From assembly GCF_001194135.2 (NCBI RefSeq), contig NC_068993.1, forward strand, positions 38,755,105-38,800,139: a stretch of 45,035 nucleotides of DNA. Reading direction: 5' to 3'. The notes beneath the pieces were generated by a model. That model searched no databases and was not told the DNA's origin. It worked only from the letters and a program-made list of their open reading frames with translations. Numbering within the stretch: position 1 is the first letter of the stretch; each line of letters opens with the position of its first letter. Shown here piece by piece: positions 23,830 through 35,473 of this stretch. Source of the stretch: Octopus bimaculoides. Taxonomy: Eukaryota. The position numbers and the translations under genes are program-made.

Positions 23830-24445
23830 AGTTTTCAGAAAAGCAGGAATAGATTCCGCAAAGCCACATATCGATGTAAAGATCCATAACTGATCAGTAG
23901 AGCCATGACAACTGCAAAAATGCTAGCAAAGATATGAACATGGCAAGGATTGCTTACCCAAAGACTTTTGACAGAATTCCTTTCATCTGGAACCCAGAAA
24001 CACCGGGCATGGATAACATAGTACCAGTAACATGAAGATAAATAAAACATATCTTGTGTTATTGGCAAACAATCTTACAGATACAAAAATAAAGAAAAGA
24101 ATTATAAAAATGAAACCTATCACTATTAGACATGGAATAACTCAAATAGATGCCATCTCTCCACTCTTTTTCTGCCTGGAACTGGCACCTCTGACTGCCA
24201 TGTTGAAAAAGACTGGATTTAAATGCAAATGCTAAAAGTAACACAACTATTTTTTTGCATCTGGACAATCTCAAGTTGTACACTGCAGATAATGAACAAC
24301 TAGCAACACTGCTGCAGATAGTGCATGGGGGTTACCAGAGAAATTTATATGAGATTTGGATTAGAAAAATATGCCAAGACAGCATGGAAAGAGGAAAATT
24401 AATTAAGAATACTAATATAGAGAAAGTGAGACAAGAGAATTGCAC
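23830..24445 (+). pseudogene. Non-LTR retrotransposon reverse transcriptase remnant, R4/Dong-like (RLE-type)
   Basis: Broken frames give CKDP*LISRAM..AYPKTFDRIP (consensus CKDQLLI..IDYKKAFDSVP), IRHGITQIDAISPLFFCLELAPL (RGIFQGDSLSP), HLDNLKLY (YMDDLKLY) and MRFGLEKYAK. Confidence 0.85.
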
Positions 24446-24518
24446 CGAACCTAAGCTTACAAATATTTAGAATATAATGAATTAGACAGGGTACTACACA
24501 CACAAATCTACACACACA

Positions 24519-24595
<77 letters not shown>

Positions 24596-25167
24596 TGACC
24601 AATATTGTAAATTCCCAAATAAATGAAAGCTTAATGTAAGATATTGTTACATAATTTTTGTCTCAACTTTACAGTTTTACTGAACTAAAGAATAAATAAA
24701 ATTGAAAAACAAAAATGTAAGAAATAAAAAAAATATTTAATATAAAAACAAATAAACAAAAAAACACCCCTACTAATTGCTTTACCGTTTGGAAATTAAT
24801 GGATTTTGCTGATAATTAATAAGAAATATAATAGATCAAAAAGAGAAATCCTAGAGTGGAGCATGTGAAATATAATAAGCTGTGTTTTCTAGTAACACAA
24901 ATATTCCCACAGCTATTCCCAATACAACTAATGTATTATAGAAATAACAGGATCTTTTTCTGACATTCACAAATAACCGAGACAAATGTTAAATTATGTA
25001 AGGTTCTTCAAATAGTCTTGTAGAATTCTTAGCGCTGCTTTTGGCTAGCCTTGATATCCACTTTCATTTGAGTGCATGCAGAGTTTAAGTATGATGACAT
25101 AAATAAGATATATATATATATATATATACATGTGTGTGTGTGAGTGTGTATACATGTGTGTGTGTGC

Positions 25168-25203
<36 letters not shown>

Positions 25204-26060
25204 CACTGGGAAAGAGTAGCATATATATATATGTATANNNNNNNNNNNNNNNNNNNNNNNNNNNNNNNNNNNNNNNNNNNNNNNNNNNNNNNNNNNNNNN
25301 NNNNNNNNNNNNNNNNNNNNNNNNNNNNNNNNNNNNNNNNNNNNNNNNNNNNNNNNNNNNNNNNNNNNNNNNNNNNNNNNNNNNNNNNNNNNNNNNNNNN
25401 NNNNNNNNNNNNNNNNNNNNNNNNNNNNNNNNNNNNNNNNNNNNNNNNNNNNNNNNNNNNNNNNNNNNNNNNNNNNNNNNNNNNNNNNNNNNNNNNNNNN
25501 NNNNNNNNNNNNNNNNNNNNNNNNNNNNNNNNNNNNNNNNNNNNNNNNNNNNNNNNNNNNNNNNNNNNNNNNNNNNNNNNNNNNNNNNNNNNNNNNNNNN
25601 NNNNNNNNNNNNNNNNNNNNNNNNNNNNNNNNNNNNNNNNNNNNNNNNNNNNNNNNNNNNNNNNNNNNNNNNNNNNNNNNNNNNNNNNNNNNNNNNNNNN
25701 NNNNNNNNNNNNNNNNNNNNNNNNNNNNNNNNNNNNNNNNNNNNNNNNNNNNNNNNNNNNNNNNNNNNNNNNNNNNNNNNNNNNNNNNNNNNNNNNNNNN
25801 NNNNNNNNNNNNNNNNNNNNNNNNNNNNNNNNNNNNNNNNNNNNNNNNNNNNNNNNNNNNNNNNNNNNNNNNNNNNNNNNNNNNNNNNNNNNNNNNNNNN
25901 NNNNNNNNNNNNNNNNNNNNNNNNNNNNNNNNNNNNNNNNNNNNNNNNNNNNNNNNNNNNNNNNNNNNNNNNNNNNNNNNNNNNNNNNNNNNNNNNNNNN
26001 NNNNNNNNNNNNNNNNNNNNNNNNNNNNNNNNNNNNNNNNNNNNNNNNNNNNNNNNNNNN

Positions 26061-26102
<42 letters not shown>

Positions 26103-26281
26103 AGTGTGTGTGTCTGAGAGTGTGAGTGTGTGTATGCAATCATGGATAAAAACTGCTGAACATTAAATGCTATTACTCATTTTGTTATGCTAAAAAGAAG
26201 AATCCAGCATCTCGTTGATGTTTCAAGCTAAGGTAAATTATTGATGTGCTCTTCATCATCATCATCATCATCTTTGAGAAC

Positions 26282-26575
26282 ACATGGCTAAGTGCTTAGG
26301 GTATTTGGCTCACAATCATAAGGTTGTGAGTTCAATACCTGGAATCACATTCTATCTTTGAGCAAGACACTTTATTTCACGCTGCTCCAGTCCACTCAGC
26401 TGGCACAAATGAGTAGTACTCATATTCAAAGGGCCAGCTTTGTCCCATTCTGTGCCATGCTGAATATCCCTGAGAACCACATTAACACTTCATGTGTCTG
26501 GAGTGCTCAGCCATTTGCATGTTTCCTTGATTGGATCAACTGGAAACTACATCATCATAACTGATGGAGTGCCAC
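26282..26575 (+). mobile_element. SINE family B head and core joined to a family C-type tail
   Basis: tggctaagtgcttaggg...gttcaatacc...ttgagcaagacactttatttcac, then gctgaatatccctgagaac...ggagtgctcagcc...ggatcaactggaa...gatggagtgcca, which matches the tail of 42878-43312. Confidence 0.8.
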
Positions 26576-26869
26576 CTTTTTATTGTTTGCCTGGCTTCAG
26601 CATATCAGTTTTATAGATTCTGACCCCTGAAAAGCAGTACATGCTGCTCCATCTCGCGACCGTGATTTTTGCTTTGTTTTTAACATACTCTTTACTTTCT
26701 TTCATTGGTCTTGTTTAATTTCTTTTGTCCTCTTTCTCAACAATAATATGACGTTCTTATTCAGCCTCCATTTGTAATATATCATATGTGTGTGTGTGTG
26801 ACATATACATGTGAGTATATATGTATACTTAGTAATATATATATATTCTTTTCTACTCTAGGCACAAGG

Positions 26870-27062
26870 CCCAAAATTTTTGGGGAGAGGGGTCAGTCGA
26901 TTAGATCAACCCCAGTGCATAACTGGTACTTAATTTATCGACCCCGAAAGGATGAAAGGCAAAGTCGACCTCAGTGGGATTTGAACTCAGAATGTAAAGA
27001 CAGACGAAATACTGCTAAGTATTTCGCCCGGCGTGATAACGTTTCTGCCAGCTTCCTGCCTT
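26870..27062 (-). mobile_element. tRNA-derived SINE family D
   Basis: Reverse complement of 27172-27350. Confidence 0.85.
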
Positions 27063-27171
27063 TTAATGTGTATATATTGCCTCACTCATGCTAGCACGGA
27101 AGGCAGACATTAAACGATGATGATGATGATATGCAATAGTTTTTGGTAAGCAGAATCAGTTTTTACAATTC

Positions 27172-27400
27172 AAAGGCAGCTAGCTGGCAGAAACGTTAGC
27201 AGGCCGGGCGAAATGCTTAGTGGTATTTCGTCTGTCTTTACGTTCTGAGTTCAAATTCCTCTGAGGTCCACTTTGCTTTTCATCTTTTCTGGGTCAATGA
27301 ATTAAGTACTAGTTACGCACTGGGGTTGATGTAATCGACTTAATCCCATTGTCTGTCCTTGTTTGTCCCCTCTATGTCTAGCCCCTTGTAGGCAATAAAG
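27172..27400 (+). mobile_element. tRNA-derived SINE family D
   Basis: gctggcagaaacgttagc...gttctgagttcaaattcc (B-box)...gggtcaatgaattaagtac...actggggttgatgtaatcgac. Fragments also occur at about 29690-29760 and 30060-30150. Confidence 0.85.
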
Positions 27401-27504
27401 AGATAAGAATCAGTTCTTACAAGTCCCCAGTCAAACCAGCCAACCCATGCCAGCATGGAAAGCGGACATTAAATGATGGTGATGGTGATGATGATCATTA
27501 TTAT

Positions 27505-27657
27505 AACAGCGAAAAATACCTTAGGAATGAGAACCCAGGTTCGAAATTTCCCCAAGACACCTGATGAAGGCTGGAGGGTAAATCAGCTGAAACGTTGTGT
27601 TAACAACAAACAAGATGAGGACAAATATCCATCACATGTAAATAATGTAAATAATGT
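27505..27657 (+). mobile_element. Family HHR-1 element lacking a tRNA head; best-preserved minimal hammerhead (27556-27601)
   Basis: GACAC-CUGAUGA-A-GGCUG-gaggguaaau-CAGCU-GAAA-CG-U-U-GUGUU. Confidence 0.85.
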
Positions 27658-27997
27658 GCGCCTGTTTAGTTATATAATGTTGAATTTAAAAACGATGCTT
27701 TATGATAGTTTAAGCCCCAAGAACCACCTTACCCTGACATACAAAGACAAAGACTGGAATATCAGGAGTTTGAACAGAAATCTAAATAGTTTACTGATGT
27801 TTCTAGCTGGAATCTTTCTATTATTCTACATGGTGATCAAAGACCATTCTTACGTGCCTGCATATGCATACACACACACATGCACATATTTATTTGAACA
27901 TGCACAGATATGCACAAATTCATGTACACACATGGATGTATATGCACAGAGGTGCACAAGCACATGCACATCCACACACATATATATGAATAAAACG

Positions 27998-28032
<35 letters not shown>

Positions 28033-28139
28033 CATTAGTTTTGTTTGTCAAACAAAAGACTTGAAGAATGACAAACTGTCACCAAATTCTATTTTAATTG
28101 CAAGTGTTTCTGCTAATCAAATTCTTTTATTGTATAGAA

Positions 28140-28582
28140 TATTGATGAGGATGATGGTCATGATGATGATGATGATGACAATGATGATGATGATGAGAAT
28201 GATAATGATTATGAAGGTGATGTGGACAATTATGATTGTGATGGTGATGATAATAAAGAGGTGATGACAACAATGCTGCTGTTGTTGATGTTGTTGTTGT
28301 TGATGATGTTGATGATGATGACGATGATGATGATGATGGCAGTGATGATAAAAAGACAACAATGACGATGATGAGGATGACTTTTGATGATGATGATGAT
28401 GATGATGATTATGATGATGATTGTGAAGATAATGATGAAGCTGCCACTACTGCCGATAATGAGAGGAATGACGATGATTTAGATGATGGTAATGATGACA
28501 ATGACAATAATGATGATGGTGATGGTGATGACAATGACGACGACGATGATGATGATGATGACAATGACAATGATGATGATTG
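28140..28582. repeat. Degenerate (GAT)n/(GTT)n tract
   Basis: Directly visible. Confidence 0.95.
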
Positions 28583-28964
28583 CAAAATCCAATATTATGA
28601 ACAAGTTTATAAATACATACATAAAGAACGCAACAGTGTTGTCTTCACTATGGACTCAACTAACAGTTTGGGCTGTAAATTTTTCTGCACTTAATAACAG
28701 CTGTTTAGCATAATTCCACAAGACAAGAGCTCTGTAGATATGGAAACTAATGAATAAAGAAAAAATTTATTGCTCTTCTGGTGTTTGGAGACAAGTTCTG
28801 CTGTTTCTGCCACCTCACTTATACAGTTTATCTCAACATGACATTAACCTATCACAGCACTTATATACATATTTCTTGTCTCTACATTTGTCTTCTCACC
28901 GTAAACAAACCTTTTCACTGGTAAGTTTAAAGCCTTTAATTTGATGGAAGAAAAGGGGAGGATT

Positions 28965-29038
28965 ACTATAGCCTCGAGCCGACCAAAGCCTTGTGAGTGG
29001 ATTTGAAGATGGAAACTGAAAGAAGCCTGCCGTATATA

Positions 29039-29093
<55 letters not shown>

Positions 29094-29325
29094 ATGTGTG
29101 TGTATATGTTTGTGTCTGTGTTTGTCCCCCCCCTCCCGAACATCGCTTGACAACCGATGCTGGTGTGTTTATGTACCTGTAACTTAGCAGTTCGGCAAAA
29201 AAGAGACCGATGAAATAAGTACTAGGCTTACAAAGAATAAGTCCTGAGATCGATTTGCTCGACTAAAGGTCGTGCTTCAGCATGGTAACAGTCAAATGAC
29301 TGAAATAAGTAAAAGAGTAAAAAAG
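28965..29325 (+). mobile_element. SINE family A, 5'-truncated
   Basis: actatagcctcgagccgaccaaagccttgtgagtggattt, internal (TA)n, then ...gtcgtgcttcagcatgg...gactgaaataagtaaaagag. Confidence 0.9.
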
Positions 29326-29892
29326 TAATACATTCTGGCTGACTGGAACAAATATTTGATCATTGTTGTTTTTCCTCATCAGAGAACACATCCCTTTAAG
29401 CACACATGATTCACCAGTTTACCAGTGTAAAGGGATTTTGAGATACCATGATGTTTCGACTTTGTTGTATGTTTTTCTCAGTTGAAGCTACCTTGCTAGA
29501 CTGATGAATCTAACAAGAACATGAGCTCTTGTTTATAGGAATCAGTAAACAAAAATTTGCTAATGCAGCATGCTGATGTCTGCCAAACAAATAGTACTTC
29601 ATAGGATGCATTTACATCACAAAGAATCCAAATGATAACATATCTATTCCCCCTTAAGACTAGTGAACTGGTGAAATCATTCCCACACTGGAATGTGGCA
29701 TTTCTTCCAGTTTTACATTCTGAGTTCAAATTCCACTGAAGTCGACTTTGCCTTTCATATTTTTGTGTGTGTGTGTGTGGGGGGGGGGGNNNNNNNNNNG
29801 TTTGTTTACTTCCATCATAAAGTTGAATTTAACGTTAGCGTCTTATGAAGCTAAATTTATAAGTTCTAAAATTGCAGAAGAATTCGTTGCTG

Positions 29893-29964
29893 GGCAGTTT
29901 AGTTTAATGGTAAAACACTTGACGTGTAATCACAGAGATGTGAGTTCAAGTCTCATGGCTGGCC
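29893..29964 (+). tRNA. tRNA-Thr(UGU)-like cloverleaf, probably a pseudogene or orphan SINE head
   Basis: Acceptor GGCAGUU/GGCUGGC 6/7 paired, D stem GUUU/AAAC, anticodon loop CG-UGU-AA (U33 to G), anticodon stem only 3/5, T stem GUGAG/CUCAU with loop UUCAAGU. Confidence 0.55.
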
Positions 29965-30571
29965 AGTAACATATTTTTCTGCAATATATGGATAATTTAT
30001 CCTCATCACGCTATTTTATAGCATTATCACGCGTTTGAGAAATAAATTTACTTCTGTATCTTAAAATAAATACTAATTGAGTACTGGGGTCGATGTAATT
30101 GTCTAACACCCTCCCACAAAATATCATGTCTTGCACTTACAGTAGAAAGTATTCTTAATGCATTCTGACAGACTTGAACTGGAATATTGTTTTTCATCTC
30201 ATTAGATGATTTATATTCATGACATGCATAATTCACTGATTCTCTAGTATAAAGGGGACTTCAGGAAACTACATGCATAACTTTCCAAAAAAGAACCATG
30301 AATCTTCAGACTTTGGCATGGTGGTCCATGATCATCAATGCCTGTAGAATGTATTAGGTGCCATTATCTCTTTTAGAATCATTCTCTTAATGGACGCCTC
30401 ACCCATTTGTACTGTGATAGTTTGTTCTCTTGATCAAGCAAATGGAACTTCAATCATCAACACCGACTCAAGCTCCATCATTATATTTACTTATCTTTCT
30501 ATATCACAGGTGTTTGGTTCCAAAACAACATTGTGTTAAATGAATCAGAGACAAAAGAATTAAAAAAAATA

Positions 30572-30900
30572 TGTGATGGTATCAAAATGTTCCAGGACTA
30601 GTTATCTTTAATAAAAAATAACTTATTTACCCAAGTTTTAATATCCTCTCCTTCGAAATAGTCACTTTATGCAGCAATATACCGATTCCAGAATTCTTGC
30701 CACTTTTGGAATTCAGCCTGGAAGTCATTTTCTGAAAGCGAATTGAGGACCTTCTTCAATTCACTCTGGATCTCAACAATGGTGTTAAAACAACCATATT
30801 TGAGCTGTATTTTCATGGAAGTCTAAAGGTGCTATATCTGGTCAATAGGGCAGGTGCAAAATGAAGGGTTTCATTCTGAGGTCCCAAGTTGTCCACTTAA
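30572..30900 (-). mobile_element. mariner (DD34D-type) 3' fragment with terminal inverted repeat
   Basis: Minus strand gives PY*PDIAPLDF..MKIQLK..EIQSELKKVLNSLSENDFQAEFQKWQEFWNRYIAA*SDYFEGE. The TIR at 30572-30601 is 24/30 identical to the TIR at 11811, with a flanking TA. Confidence 0.85.
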
Positions 30901-31399
30901 CTTAATCAAATAACACCTCCAAACTGTTTTTAAAATCACATGGTGATATTGTTTCATGTTTGAGATAATATTTAATGTAAAATTTAATAACATATAGTGT
31001 CGTTTGTCAGGATTGGATAGTTTTGTATTTTTGTTCACTGAGGGCATGTGGATGGATAGACGTTAGTAAATCTGTATCAAAAATACACAGGTTCACAGTA
31101 GAGTGATGTAAACACAAGCAATAATCAGTGCCTTTTGTGTAACTGAGCATTGTGGATAGTTGTTGGGGGACATTTTTGCAGACCAAGCAGAGACTTTGAC
31201 TGATCGCTGACCCTTGTTACCGCAGATCAATTTGTGGTAAAAGTAACGTGGTTCACAATTGAGCATACTGCAGTATCACAGATCAGTGATGAATGAGTCA
31301 GGGTAAACACAAATGGATGTACCTACTCATGCCTACTCATTGTTTTCTAAAGCATGTAGTATTTACCTCACCCCTCCACTCCCACTTCTTGCAGTTGCC

Positions 31400-32040
31400 A
31401 CTGCGCTATCACTACCACCACCACCATCACTACCACCTCTGCATTGTTGTACTGTCTATGTCACCTCCTCCCATCACCATTACCACCACCACCACCACCC
31501 CCACCATCACCACTACCACAACTACCACCACCTCTGCATTGCTGTATTGCCTGTTATTTCCACCACCATTAAAACCACCACGGCAACCACCATCACTACA
31601 ACCACCACCACTACCACCACCACCACTACCACCATTCTTACCACCATGACCACCATCAACACCACCACCACCACCACTACCACCACCACCATCACTACAA
31701 CCACCATGACCACCACTGCCATCACTACCATCATTCTAACCACCACTTCNNNNNNNNNNNNNNNNNNNNNNNNNNNNNNNNNNNNNNNNNNNNNNNNNNN
31801 NNNNNNNNNNNNNNNNNNNNNNNNNNNNNNNNNNNNNNNNNNNNNNNNNNNNNNNNNNNNNNNNNNNNNNNNNNACCACCACCACTACCACCACCACTAC
31901 CACCACCACCATCACTACAACCACCATGACCACCACTGCCATCACTACCATCATTCTAACCACCACTTCAACTACAACCACCATGACCACCGTCAACACC
32001 ATCACCATCACTACCACCACCACCACCACCACCACTCTTT
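31400..32040. repeat. Degenerate (ACC)n tract with an internal unit of about 70 nt repeated across a gap
   Basis: ccaccatcactacaaccaccatgaccaccactgccatcactaccatcattctaaccaccacttc occurs at about 31685-31749 and again at about 31905-31968. Confidence 0.9.
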
Positions 32041-32427
32041 CTATACATTACTCTAATTACTGTGAGACAAAGGTGATTATGGCTGCGATGTACAAACAAT
32101 GAAATTACGTGTAGAACAAGCAAAAAAGTACAACAAAAACAAACACAACAAAAACAAACACAACAAAAACAAACAAACAAAAAAAAGAACAACAAATCCC
32201 ATGCACACCCACTACTTCCATCATCATAATTAACAACAGCAATTAACAACAGCAACAACAACAACAACAACAACAACAGCAGCAACAACAACCAGTCCAC
32301 AAGAGCTCCATCAATAAGTAAACCTAAAATACTCCATGCATGTCATTTTCGAAAGGCATATATAATTTTATGTAATGTTTAATTGGTAATTAATTAAGGC
32401 AGGAGTAATTTTAAGATTGATTAGAAG

Positions 32428-32571
32428 TTTTGGTTGTTGTTGTTGTTGTTGCTGTTGTTGTTGCTATTGTTGTTGTTGTTGCAATGTCTGTTGTAAATCA
32501 AATGCAGATTTAATGGGTGTGGCTCTACTTTGGCTAATAAAATATGTCTTCTCATTATGAAGCAGTGGCAG

Positions 32572-32603
<32 letters not shown>

Positions 32604-32855
32604 GGTACTGATTGTAGAAGTAGTGTTAGTGGAGGTGACGGTAGTATTAGCGTTGAGGTAGTGGTAGTGCTAGTGGTAGTGTTTGATGTGGTGTTGATGG
32701 TGTAGTGAGTTGGTGTTTAGCGGTCATGCTGGGGATGGTGTTGGGTGCGGGTTGTTGTCGTTGGTGGTGGTGGTGGTGGTAGTATTGGTATTAGCAATGG
32801 TTGCGCTGGTGGTTGTGTTGGTGTTGATGATGTTGATGTTGATGATGTTGGTTTA
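32428..32855. repeat. Degenerate (GTT)n/(GGT)n tract
   Basis: Directly visible. Confidence 0.9.
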
Positions 32856-33169
32856 ATGGAATGCTATATGTATTGGTGTTGATAGAAGAGCAGTGATGGT
32901 AAATAAAAGATTAGTAGAATTAAATATAGTCCCAAGCATCCAAAATGCAGAGCAAATAAAACAGGGGAAAGCTGTAGAAGGGATTGTTCTTTATGTTGCC
33001 TGTCTTGTTTCTCTGTTTCTTTCGTTGTTTGAAACAAAGTTCGTTTACCATGTTTTTATTTTTCCTGTTCTCATTTTCCATGTTGATCACATTTTTTTGG
33101 CATCCTGCACCCATATATGTATGTGCATATACATATATATGTAGGTATGTACATATATGTATGTATGTA

Positions 33170-33214
<45 letters not shown>

Positions 33215-33480
33215 GTAGAAAGAGCCCAGTGCACTCTGTAAAGTGGTTGGTGTTAGGAAGGGAATCCAGCTATAGAATCCAAACCAAAACAGACTATGGA
33301 ATCTGGTGTGGCCTCTGGCCATGCCAGTTCCTGCCAACCCATGCCAGCATGGAGAACAGACATTAAATGTTGATGATGATGATGATGATGATGACGACGA
33401 TGATGATGATGACGATGACGGTGACGATGATGATGATGATGTTGATGATGATGATGATAGTGATGATAATGATGATGATA

Positions 33481-33590
33481 TACGAGGGGTGTATGAAAAG
33501 TCTTGTGCCTCAAAAAAACAAAACATAGTACGAGACTTCTGATGAAGGTACAAGACATCAAGGCTCAAAATTTTTCATACACCCCTTGTG
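33481..33590. mobile_element. 110-bp mariner-type MITE
   Basis: tacgaggggtgtatgaaaagtcttgtgcct (33481-33510) matches the reverse complement of 33561-33590 at 25/30. The TACGAGGG start is typical of mariner TIRs. Confidence 0.75.
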
Positions 33591-33619
33591 TGTGTATATA
33601 TATATATGTATATATATAT

Positions 33620-33840
33620 CTTCTTTTATTCTTTTACTTGTTTCAGTCATTATTTTGACTGTGGCCGTGCTGGAGCAACGCTGCTAGTCAAACAAATCAG
33701 CCCCCAAGATTTATTCTTTGTAAGCCTAGAACTTATTCTATTGGTATCTGTTACTGAACCGTTATGTTACGGGGACATAAACACACCAACATTGGTTGTC
33801 TAGCAATGGTAGGGGGCAAACACAGACACACAAATATATA

Positions 33841-33883
<43 letters not shown>

Positions 33884-33974
33884 CAGGCTTCTTTCAGTTT
33901 CTGTCAACCAAATCCACTCACAAGGCTTTGGTTAGCTTGAAGCTATAGTAGAAGACACTTGCCCAAGGTGACAC
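33620..33974 (-). mobile_element. SINE family A (runs into a gap)
   Basis: Reverse complement of the 35474-35921 tail and body. Confidence 0.85.
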
Positions 33975-34347
33975 NNNNNNNNNNNNNNNNNNNNNNNNNN
34001 NNNNNNNNNNNNNNNNNNNNNNNNNNNNNNNNNNNNNNNNNNNNNNNNNNNNNNNNNNNNNNNNNNNNNNNNNNNNNNNNNNNNNNNNNNNNNNNNNNNN
34101 NNNNNNNNNNNNNNNNNNNNNNNNNNNNNNNNNNNNNNNNNNNNNNNNNNNNNNNNNNNNNNNNNNNNNNNNNNNNNNNNNNNNNNNNNNNNNNNNNNNN
34201 NNNNNNTAATGAAGAAATACATTTTTACAGAAATGCAGAATTCTATTTATCTAGCAATTGCTTTAATAAGCTGCAAGTGTGTATTGAAACTGAAACCATA
34301 AGAGTAAGTCAAAGGTTGAATAACCATTTAAAACACAGATATATCTA

Positions 34348-34581
34348 CAGGGTGGCCCAAAAGTAGGTTTACAGTTATCACATAGGCACTTTAAATTTCT
34401 TTTAAAACATTTTATTACATTTGAATTTCTATCTTACAAACTGAAAAGGGAGCTTGACAAAATTAACTTAATTATCAGAGAATAATGGTTTCGTATTTCT
34501 TTTATAATTAAGATCTAAACTTAATATATGAATGCGAAAGAGATAGTTGAATAACTGTAAACCTACTTTTGGGTCAACCTG
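34348..34581. mobile_element. 234-bp Tc1/mariner-type MITE with 31-bp TIRs and TA target duplication
   Basis: cagggtggcccaaaagtaggtttacagttat (34348-34378) matches the reverse complement of 34551-34581 at 29/31. TA lies at 34346-34347 and 34582-34583. Confidence 0.92.
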
Positions 34582-34880
34582 TATATATAAACATATATTT
34601 ATTGCATTTTATTATGAAATATTCTAATTTTCAGATAGGTATAACCGATCCCTAGGCTTTGTAATTGCTGACTAAAGGTGTTGAGGACAAGGAGGGTGTA
34701 TGACCATAAAGCATTGCCTGGGTAAAACCCACCCCATTCAAGGAAACAGAGGAAAGAAGAAAGAAAACAATAATGATAAGTTTGATGATGGCGACGATGA
34801 CAATGGCGATGAAAATGATGAGGAGGAGGATAATGATGATGGAGAAGGGGATTAAATACCAATGATTTTCATCATACATC

Positions 34881-35306
34881 AAGGTGCATGCATGGTTGTG
34901 TGGTAAGAAGTTTGCTTCCCAACGACATGGCTCCAGTTTCAATCCCACTGAAGCACCTTGGGCAAGGGTCATCTACTATAGCCTCAGGTTGACCAAAGCC
35001 TCGTGTGTGGATTTGGTAGAGGGTCACTGAAAAAACCCCACCACATATATGTGTGTGTGTATTATATATATATATATGTGTGTGTGTGTGTTTTTGTGTC
35101 TGTGTTTATCACTACAACCACTTGACAAGTGATGTTGGTTTGTTTACATCCCAGTAATTTAGCGTTTCAGCAAAAGCGACCCATAGGATAAGTACCAGGC
35201 TTGAAAAGAGCACCCAGCTTCTAGAGTCGATTTTTGATTAAAGTTCTTCAGGACGATGCCCCAGCATGGTCACAATCTAATGACTGAAACAAGTTAAAGA
35301 TAAAAG
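34881..35306 (+). mobile_element. SINE family A, full length, diverged
   Basis: Colinear with 35474-35921. Confidence 0.85.
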
Positions 35307-35473
35307 ATTTAGTCATTGATACTTTCTTTCTTTATGTTCTGTGTTCAGCATTAAATCACTATTGTTTCTGAAAGTTGTACTTTTATATCGTCTACAAACT
35401 GCTTGATGCTTACTAACTTCCTACACCTCGATCCTTGGATCTTACCTTTACATATAATTACCTTTAATTTCTA

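Noticed and set aside
22163-26143. ORFs of 230-370 aa spanning N runs (also 7505-8495, 15907-16674, 38738-39859)
   Set aside because: Their length comes from assembly gaps translated as X.
28362-28694. Acidic poly-Asp ORF (also 33306-33542) and poly-Met ORFs at 23443-23790
   Set aside because: These are (GAT)n microsatellites; the one at 33370 is the tail of a family E repeat.
29498-29545. CUGAUGA followed by a hairpin (aacaaga/tcttgtt)
   Set aside because: No GAAA follows at the required position, and the CUGAU segment itself pairs with downstream atcag.
11811-30601. Composite 19-kb transposon bounded by the two related mariner TIRs
   Set aside because: Both TIRs point the same way on the + strand, so they are not an inverted pair. 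They belong to two separate insertions.
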